The notes under the pieces were generated by a model. The model saw nothing but the letters and a program-made list of their open reading frames with translations, had not been told where the DNA came from and did no database searches. Shown piece after piece: positions 16,654 through 22,970 of a DNA stretch of 22,970 bases (positions are counted from its first letter, which is position 1; every line of letters begins with the position of its first letter). The stretch is from an uncultured Candidatus Poseidoniales archaeon (GTDB taxonomy: Archaea > Thermoplasmatota > Poseidoniia > Poseidoniales > CAYMED01), in assembly GCA_964389655.1 (NCBI GenBank), contig CAYMED010000026.1:1-22970 (forward strand), in the 5' to 3' direction. The translations under genes and the position numbers were made by a program.

Positions 16654-17604
16654 ATGTCGAAATTGTTGCGAGCAACTGCGGCTGGCCTCCTGATTGCTGC
16701 ACTATTCATGCCTTGGTTCACCATTTACCAAGAATCCGAAGCATCGTCAGATGGAACGACTCAAATCACGTCAACACGCACTAAATACGGACCTGACCGA
16801 ATTACGGAAATGACATCCATGGAAATGAGCAAAAATAATGACAAAAGTGCAGCCTACACGGGTGAGTCTCAGTCAATACGCCATACTAGCGCGTTCTCCA
16901 TTGAGTGGTCGGCAGCTACTGTTCTATTTGCCTCTATACGAACGCTTCTGCTAATTGCACTTTGCGTATTGGTACTCGATGTATTGATCACAGGGATCTC
17001 TGAAGATGCATCAACCCGCATGGGACCCGTGCTAGGTATCATGGCTACAGTAGCTGCTGGCTTGGCATTTGGAATGTTTATGATGGGGATGGTCAATGCA
17101 GTTGAGAGCGATGGAGATAGTCTAATCTATGAATCAGATGATGGAGATGCAAATGATGTGGGACGGCGCGAATTGATCGAGGTGAAGTGGATTATTGGGA
17201 TGGGGTCGCTTCAGGATGATGACAGCGCCGTGATTGGCACCGAAACAGTTGCGACCAAGGTGAAAAGTAGTTGGCGCCCAACTTCTGGTGCATTGGCTGG
17301 ACTATTGGGATTCATCGTATGCGCAGCAAGTTCTTCCGACATCAAATCAATCCAAAACATGATGGGATCATGGAAGGAGAAGAAGCAGCAAAAGAAGGCT
17401 GCATCCGCAGCACAACAACTCGGCATCCCGCAACCAGAAGCGGCTCTTGGTGCACCTGCAGTTCTACCTGCTGCTGCACCAATGGCACCGCCAGCAGTTC
17501 CTGCTGCTGCCATGCCAACTCATGCAGCGCCACCTGCGGCACCCGCTATGCCAGTGCAGGATCTAGATTCGATCCCAATCCCACCGCCACCAGGGCCTGC
17601 TTGA
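16654..17604 (+). CDS. Hypothetical 4-TM membrane protein with Lys-rich then Pro/Ala-rich C-terminal tail; single-unit paralogue of the upstream repeats
   Basis: TM1 ends FMPWFT (cf. IMPWFT upstream), SIRT precedes TM2, GMVNAVESD follows TM3, SWRP precedes TM4. The tail runs KEKKQQKK...APAVLPAAAPMAPPA...PIPPPPGPA. Confidence 0.85.
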   Translation: MSKLLRATAAGLLIAALFMPWFTIYQESEASSDGTTQITSTRTKYGPDRITEMTSMEMSKNNDKSAAYTGESQSIRHTSAFSIEWSAATVLFASIRTLLLIALCVLVLDVLITGISEDASTRMGPVLGIMATVAAGLAFGMFMMGMVNAVESDGDSLIYESDDGDANDVGRRELIEVKWIIGMGSLQDDDSAVIGTETVATKVKSSWRPTSGALAGLLGFIVCAASSSDIKSIQNMMGSWKEKKQQKKAASAAQQLGIPQPEAALGAPAVLPAAAPMAPPAVPAAAMPTHAAPPAAPAMPVQDLDSIPIPPPPGPA

Positions 17605-17605
17605 A

Positions 17606-20600
17606 TCAGCGATTTTTCTTCGCTGCTTTCTTGGCCTCTTTCTCATCCTTCTTCATGTGACATTTTCGGTACTTTTTGCCACTTCCACAATGGCAGTCAT
17701 CATTGGGAGCGGGAGGTTTCCTCACAGTGGGCTTGTTTGTAGCTGCTTTGGCTGCTTGTTCTGCATCCCTCTCTCGCTTTTTCTCAGCACGAAGGGTCTT
17801 GAGATCCTCACTTGAGAGATTCTTGAAGAGTTGTTTCTCCTCTTCAGAAACCATGCCATCTCCATCGAGATCCATGGGGTTTTGAGAAGGTCGCATGGGT
17901 CCAGGGCCTGCTGTCTGCATCGGCCTTGCACCTCCGCCACCATATGGAGGGGCTGCCACCTCAGAAGTCCCTCTGCCTCCACGCGCGTCCCCCCCACTGC
18001 GCAGTGAGGCGCGCTTGGCCTCTTCTGCTGCCTTCCGAGCATCTTCAGCTGCCGAAGATAATTCATCCCTTGCTGCATTGATTCCTTCTAATGCCTGATT
18101 GACAAGATCGTCACCACTAACCTTTGATGCAAAACCTAACTGCTCCATTCTCTTCTCAATTTGCTCCATCAAGTCCCCATATCCACCACGGGGAAATTTA
18201 CCTTTGTCATTGACTCTGTTGATATCATCAACAAGCGATTCAAGATGATTCTTCCTGGAAGCCTTGTTGATCTTTTTCTCAAATTTCTTAACCCTCTTAT
18301 TCTTCGCTCGCTCGCTGCGTGCAAGAATCATTCGGATAATGAAACCGATGACTGCAACAGCAGCACTCGCAACTTGTCCTTGAGGTGATTCAAAAAATGA
18401 GACTGCTTTTTGGACAAATGGATGCGCCATGATTTTTCCAAACAAATCATCAGGTGGTTGACCCTCCTCAGCCTGCTTTGATGATTCAACTGAAGAAGTG
18501 TTGTTATCTGTTGTCTGTGTTGTGTTATTTGACGGGCCTTCTCCAATTTCACATCCAAATGCATCTACAATTGCAACACCGATTGAAGTATTCGCGCAAT
18601 TATCGTTGAGATCAGAAACGCCATCGACATCTGCATCTGCACATCCTAATCGGTCGTCCCAACTGACGCCAAAGTCATTTGGACAATCATCTGGATCAAT
18701 ACCTGATTGATTATCGCCATATCCATCACCATCAAAGTCCGCCCATTGAGTTGGCTCATCTGGAAAAGCATCAGCACTATCTGCAACACCATCGCCATCT
18801 CGATCACCGCCGGAAGCATACGTCGAAATGAGGCAATCATTGTCTTGTATGGATAAGCCCGGGCCATGCAATTTTGCAATTAAGCAATAAGGCCCAACCT
18901 CGCGAATACCTGTTAAATTGAGCTCAAAATATCGAAACGTAGGGTCCATCGCATTGGTGATAGAATAAGACGAATTTGAGATTTCTAAGCCACTGTAAGT
19001 CCAATTTATTTCCAGTGTATACGAGGTTGTTTGAGAAAGGCCTCGAAGATCAATTTCGACATCAATGAGATCATCAAAGTCGGTTAAATTAACACCAATA
19101 GAGAGTGAAGGATTATTGTTACCTGCCCCCCCATTTCCGAAAGGCGCACAAGCCGCAAAAATGTCAGCATCTGCTGATGTCCCTGAATTCTTTGACAAAG
19201 TGGTCTGTCCAAACGTCAATTGGGAACTCGTAAATTCACCCACAAGGCAGGGTTTCCCCCGATCATCCAATGCCAAATCATGTGCCATTTCATCTCCAGT
19301 GGAGCCCCAACTTGCAGTCCCATCGATCATACCACCATGCTTCACCCTAGCTGCAAAAATATCGTCTCCACCCTGATGCATTAGGGTTTCAGATCCAATC
19401 GTGATGTCATCGCCAAATGTGCCTGATACGATGACATGCGTGGAAGTTACTGCAATCGAATTGGCTGAATCATCATCTGGGCCACCCGCACTAACACCCC
19501 ACTTCTGATTGCATAGGTTGTCATATTTGACGAGAAATCCGTCATCCATCCCTTCAGAATTAAGCATCGTAGATGAACCATAATCCACTTCAACTGCAAA
19601 GCGTCCTGCTACGTAAGTATCCCCATTATCATCATTTCCAATCGCAAGTCCAACTTGGGGACCATCCCCCGTCATTGCAGCCATGCAGTCATCGATATCA
19701 CCAAATACAGGGTCAAGAAATAGGACAAATGCATCACCACCTGAAGAACCACTCACCTCCATTTGGTTAAGTCCTGATGAGTCAATCATTTTCAGGAGGG
19801 GTGAAGAAAATTGACCCGTTACGGCAATCGTGTTTTCCACACTGTTGTAGGCAATTGCATTGACCCGATCATCAGCAGTACCTGCAATGAAACTTACCCA
19901 CTCACAGTAGCCACTATCATCAAATTTAGCTACATAACCATCATTTCCACCTTGCTCATTATCGTAGTAATTGACCCCTCCGGAATAATCACAACTCAAA
20001 TTTGAGCCGCTCACAAATCCTCCCACATAGATGTCGCCAGATGAGTCAGAGGTGATGGAATGGACTTGGTCTGCATTAGAACCAATCAGACTAGAAGCCC
20101 ACTTCCATTGGCCATCGTCTGTTTTTAGAGTGGCAACAAAGACACCGCTATTATCAGTTAGAGTATGTGATCCAAATGTAATCTGTTGGGAATCAAATTG
20201 TCCAGTAATGTGGAGTTCATCCTCTGCATAATTGAGTGCAATCCCTGAAACTGAATCTTGTAACATGCCTCCAACACTTACTGCCCAATCCCATGTCCCC
20301 GTGCTGTCAAGTTTGGCTACAAAGAAATCCATTTGACCCGCCGGGCTCAGTTGCTGTGAGCCAAACGCTAGATTATTTGATCGGAAATTACCAGCAATGT
20401 ACGCATCATTAGCCGAATCAATCACAACTGAATTCGCAGATTCAGCGCTAGAGCCACCAATGGTTAAAGCCCATGTAAGTTCAGCGCGCCCATTGACCTC
20501 GCGTAACGCGCTGATTTGTGCAAGAGTCAAATTAGGTCCTTGAGAATCGGACTCGGTCCGCATTTCCACCCCTACAATAAGTGAAGCAAGAACAAGGGTT

Positions 20601-20641
20601 GCGACCAGCAATATTGATCGAATTTGGAAACGAGTTCTCAT
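17606..20641 (-). CDS. Membrane-anchored surface protein: beta-propeller (SBBP-like) + TSP3 repeats + TM + cytoplasmic coiled region, EF-hand and SEC-C motif
   Basis: Likely start MRTRFQIRSILLVATLVLASLIVG (ATG 20641). Repeats such as DFFVAKLDSTGTWDWA, DGYVAKFDDSGYCEW and DGFLVKYDNLCNQKW; DRDGDGVADSADAFP and DFDGDGYGDN; TM VASAAVAVIGFIIRMILA; DLDGDGMVSEEE; PNDDCHCGSGKKYRKCH. Confidence 0.9.
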   Translation of the reverse strand: MRTRFQIRSILLVATLVLASLIVGVEMRTESDSQGPNLTLAQISALREVNGRAELTWALTIGGSSAESANSVVIDSANDAYIAGNFRSNNLAFGSQQLSPAGQMDFFVAKLDSTGTWDWAVSVGGMLQDSVSGIALNYAEDELHITGQFDSQQITFGSHTLTDNSGVFVATLKTDDGQWKWASSLIGSNADQVHSITSDSSGDIYVGGFVSGSNLSCDYSGGVNYYDNEQGGNDGYVAKFDDSGYCEWVSFIAGTADDRVNAIAYNSVENTIAVTGQFSSPLLKMIDSSGLNQMEVSGSSGGDAFVLFLDPVFGDIDDCMAAMTGDGPQVGLAIGNDDNGDTYVAGRFAVEVDYGSSTMLNSEGMDDGFLVKYDNLCNQKWGVSAGGPDDDSANSIAVTSTHVIVSGTFGDDITIGSETLMHQGGDDIFAARVKHGGMIDGTASWGSTGDEMAHDLALDDRGKPCLVGEFTSSQLTFGQTTLSKNSGTSADADIFAACAPFGNGGAGNNNPSLSIGVNLTDFDDLIDVEIDLRGLSQTTSYTLEINWTYSGLEISNSSYSITNAMDPTFRYFELNLTGIREVGPYCLIAKLHGPGLSIQDNDCLISTYASGGDRDGDGVADSADAFPDEPTQWADFDGDGYGDNQSGIDPDDCPNDFGVSWDDRLGCADADVDGVSDLNDNCANTSIGVAIVDAFGCEIGEGPSNNTTQTTDNNTSSVESSKQAEEGQPPDDLFGKIMAHPFVQKAVSFFESPQGQVASAAVAVIGFIIRMILARSERAKNKRVKKFEKKINKASRKNHLESLVDDINRVNDKGKFPRGGYGDLMEQIEKRMEQLGFASKVSGDDLVNQALEGINAARDELSSAAEDARKAAEEAKRASLRSGGDARGGRGTSEVAAPPYGGGGARPMQTAGPGPMRPSQNPMDLDGDGMVSEEEKQLFKNLSSEDLKTLRAEKKRERDAEQAAKAATNKPTVRKPPAPNDDCHCGSGKKYRKCHMKKDEKEAKKAAKKNR

Positions 20642-20805
20642 CGAATGTACCGAGTTCCGCAGGGAATGTTCAGCCATCACGCCTACAGGATGCATGAGCA
20701 CGCATCAAGTGGCTCATTTATCGACTTGTCCCGAAATATGGGGAAAAACAAACTGGACGCAAGACCCTTGAGGTCGAACGGTTTCGGCCAAATCGGGTCG
20801 CAGGC

Positions 20806-21684
20806 TTGTTCGACGTCCTCGTGGTTTTTAAGAAGACATTTGAAGAAGTCCATGACCGCACCCTTCGTAGAATTCGCACGATTTGCGAGGATTTTGAGAG
20901 AAAAGAACGAGCTCAGTTCTATTTCCGGGCAAGGGAAATTGTGCGGAGAGCAGATTTTGTTGGACGTGATTTGGTGATCGTCCACGGTGGGGATGGAACT
21001 CTGACCTCTATTGCGCATAATCTTGGTTCAGAAACACCGGTCCTTGGGGTGAATTCCCATCCGATTCATGCAGATCCTAACGGAAGTGTGGGATTCTACA
21101 TGGGAACCAGTCCTGGGCGATTTGAGGATGATCTCCAATGTGTCTTTGAAGGAAAAGCAATCAAAAATCGGTTGCCACGGCTACAAGCGGAGATCGTATC
21201 TACATCAGGAAATCGAATCCAGTGTGACCCGGCCCTAAATGATCTATTAATTGCAAACACCCAATCATATGCCCCAAGCAAATATCGAGTTCTGCGCCGT
21301 GAGGATGATGGAAAAATTCGCGTGGATGAAAATCATCTCTCCTCGGGCATGCTATTTTCTACATATTATGGAATGGGAGCTTGGTTCATGAAGACTGTAA
21401 ATCTTGAGAGTATTGAGTTTGATCCATCCAAAATAGGTACACACTATCTCTATACTGCAAGAGATTTGCCACCTGATGCTCAGAATCACGATAACCTAGC
21501 GTACTTCGATTGGACCGATCGGCCAACGATCATCACTTCAGATATGCATCGCGGCTTTATCGTCCCAGATGGTTGGGATGAATATCACTTCAATCGTGGA
21601 GCAACAATCACAGTTGGCTTACATGGGCCCTCACTGATGCTATATACGTTTGACAAACCACTCCTCGATAGAGTTACCTCCTAA
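20806..21684 (+). CDS. NAD(H) kinase family protein
   Basis: GGDGT, PVLGVN, ALNDLL and SSG motifs. TTG start; there is no in-frame ATG between the upstream stop at 20695 and 20806. Confidence 0.82.
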   Translation: MFDVLVVFKKTFEEVHDRTLRRIRTICEDFERKERAQFYFRAREIVRRADFVGRDLVIVHGGDGTLTSIAHNLGSETPVLGVNSHPIHADPNGSVGFYMGTSPGRFEDDLQCVFEGKAIKNRLPRLQAEIVSTSGNRIQCDPALNDLLIANTQSYAPSKYRVLRREDDGKIRVDENHLSSGMLFSTYYGMGAWFMKTVNLESIEFDPSKIGTHYLYTARDLPPDAQNHDNLAYFDWTDRPTIITSDMHRGFIVPDGWDEYHFNRGATITVGLHGPSLMLYTFDKPLLDRVTS

Positions 21685-21753
21685 ATCAGCCAAGAGAATA
21701 AAATAAAGTCGCCTGAATTATTGCCCTCTATACCACGCTATTCTAACCTATTC

Positions 21754-22773
21754 TCACTTGAACTGGAGCAAGACTTTCCCAATGTTGTTCCCAGCGTGAA
21801 TGTGCTGGTGGGCTTTTATCACGTCGTCGACATCGAAGATTGAATCAATCAGGGGTTCCAATTGCCCCTCAAGAACCCCTTCAAGAATACGATTCAATTG
21901 TGCAACCATCACCATTTCATCATTCCAAGTTCCCATGTGCACGCCAAATACGCCGCGGTTTCTTGCCATCAATCGCAACGGATCAAACTTAGGTGTCTTG
22001 CGCCACGCAAGGAAGGAACGCAGCAAAGTGCGCTTTGAACTAGGCGCTGCTGCTGACATTCCGTAAGTGTACAACCTCCCTCCTTCTTTGAGCACAGAAA
22101 GCGAACGAGCAAGATTGTCTCCACCAATCGGGTCGAGGATATGGTCCACACCTTTGCCGCCAGTTTCACCTTTGATAATTTTGACAAAATCTTCGTTGTG
22201 CCGGTCGATGGGGGTTCCACCAAAGGAACGGATAGTGGGAGCTTTGTGGCCTGAAGCAGTAGCCCACACTTGCTTCACTCCAGCCATGCGACACAATTGA
22301 AGTGCTGCGGTGCCAACTCCACCAGCACCGCCATGGATGAGAACCGACTCTTCAGAAGAGAGATGACCAAGATGATGTAACATATGATGTGCAGTCAGGT
22401 AGGTAACGGGAAGAGCGGCAGCGGCTTCGAGGGAGATTTCATCAGGCAGCACTAGAACTCGACGAGAGGCAACAATCGCATGACTTGATTGTCCACCATT
22501 TGGGACTACTGCAGCAACACGTTGTCCAATCGAGAGATGTTTCACTCCCTTTCCGAGCGCCTCAACGGTTCCACTCAATTCGTAACCCGGAGTGAATGGG
22601 TAAGGTGGTCGAGGTTGATACAAGCCCAAACGCATGAGCAAATCTGCGAAATTGATGCCTGCATATGCCACTTCAATTCGGACTTCATCCTTGCTTGGTT
22701 CGGGCAATGTCATACTTTGAACCTTGATTGTCTTTGGAGGTCCCGCTTTGGTTAAGATCACACGTCGAGGCAT
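21754..22773 (-). CDS. Zn-independent MDR oxidoreductase (quinone oxidoreductase / VAT-1-like)
   Basis: AGINFADL, PFTPGYE, Rossmann HGGAGGVG, GVDHILDPIGG and NIGKVLL. Catalytic-Zn Cys ligands are not evident. ATG 22773 (MPRRV) is preferred over GTG 22785. Confidence 0.9.
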   Translation of the reverse strand: MPRRVILTKAGPPKTIKVQSMTLPEPSKDEVRIEVAYAGINFADLLMRLGLYQPRPPYPFTPGYELSGTVEALGKGVKHLSIGQRVAAVVPNGGQSSHAIVASRRVLVLPDEISLEAAAALPVTYLTAHHMLHHLGHLSSEESVLIHGGAGGVGTAALQLCRMAGVKQVWATASGHKAPTIRSFGGTPIDRHNEDFVKIIKGETGGKGVDHILDPIGGDNLARSLSVLKEGGRLYTYGMSAAAPSSKRTLLRSFLAWRKTPKFDPLRLMARNRGVFGVHMGTWNDEMVMVAQLNRILEGVLEGQLEPLIDSIFDVDDVIKAHQHIHAGNNIGKVLLQFK

Positions 22774-22880
22774 AATTTTACCCACTTACTACTGCTGAAT
22801 CAATCCTGCGACACGTCATAGCGATCTAGGTGCCCCAATATGAATTTCTATGTTGAATATTAAAAATTGAGATGGAGGGT

Positions 22881-22912
22881 GGAGATGAGGGCTCAAAAGA
22901 ACCCTCACCTCC
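22881..22912 (-). other. 14-bp stem-loop in the 16S 3' trailer (processing/terminator-associated), with a U-tract further downstream (22862-22866)
   Basis: Minus strand GGAGGTGAGGGTTC-TTTT-GAGCCCTCATCTCC pairs fully, with two G-U pairs. Confidence 0.7.
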
Positions 22913-22921
22913 GGTTTTCTC

Positions 22922-22970
22922 AGGAGGTGATCCATCTGCAGGTTCCCCTACAGATACCTTGTTACGACTT
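22922..22970 (-). rRNA. rrs: 16S rRNA, 3' terminal 49 nt (partial; rest beyond window)
   Basis: The reverse complement reads AAGTCGTAACAAGGTATCTGTAGGGGAACCTGCAGATGGATCACCTCCT. This contains the universal 1492R site, helix 45 (ATCTGTAGG-GGAA-CCTGCAGAT) and the anti-SD GATCACCTCCT. Confidence 0.97.

Noticed and set aside
17640-17710. secA gene or fragment
   Set aside because: Only the short SEC-C motif is present, with no ATPase/helicase domains.
20624-21018. 117-aa and 111-aa ORFs overlapping the NAD kinase start
   Set aside because: They overlap well-supported genes and show no motifs.
1-22970. Mobile elements, tRNAs, defence systems
   Set aside because: No transposase, integrase, cas, nuclease/ATPase defence motifs or tRNA cloverleaf was recognised, and intergenic spaces are short.

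Overview
Archaeal chromosomal window, most consistent with Marine Group II Euryarchaeota (Ca. Poseidoniales, Thermoplasmatota). This is an inference from the archaeal-type 16S 3' end, the unlinked rRNA gene and the large acidic thrombospondin-type-3 (TSP3) repeat surface proteins. From left to right it holds: a partial RCC1-propeller/TSP3 surface protein that the ORF track missed because it runs off the left edge; an Atg22/UMF1-like MFS transporter with a large inserted loop; a DsbA/FrnE-like protein; a DHA1/TetA-like MFS; a two-gene molybdopterin oxidoreductase system (4Fe-4S ferredoxin-NrfD fusion plus catalytic subunit); a thiolase-TauE pair; two unannotated membrane proteins; a beta-propeller/TSP3 membrane protein with a cytoplasmic EF-hand and SEC-C tail; an NAD(H) kinase; a VAT-1-like MDR oxidoreductase; and the last 49 nt of a 16S rRNA gene. 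The most striking unexplained element is the 12864-17604 gene pair. The 1242-aa protein appears to be built from four tandem 4-TM units with claudin/PMP22-like motifs plus an extracellular C-terminal domain, and the next gene encodes a fifth, stand-alone unit with a Pro/Ala-rich tail. A second notable element is a pair of mutually exclusive hairpins in the pre-16S trailer, one of which can mask the anti-Shine-Dalgarno sequence.
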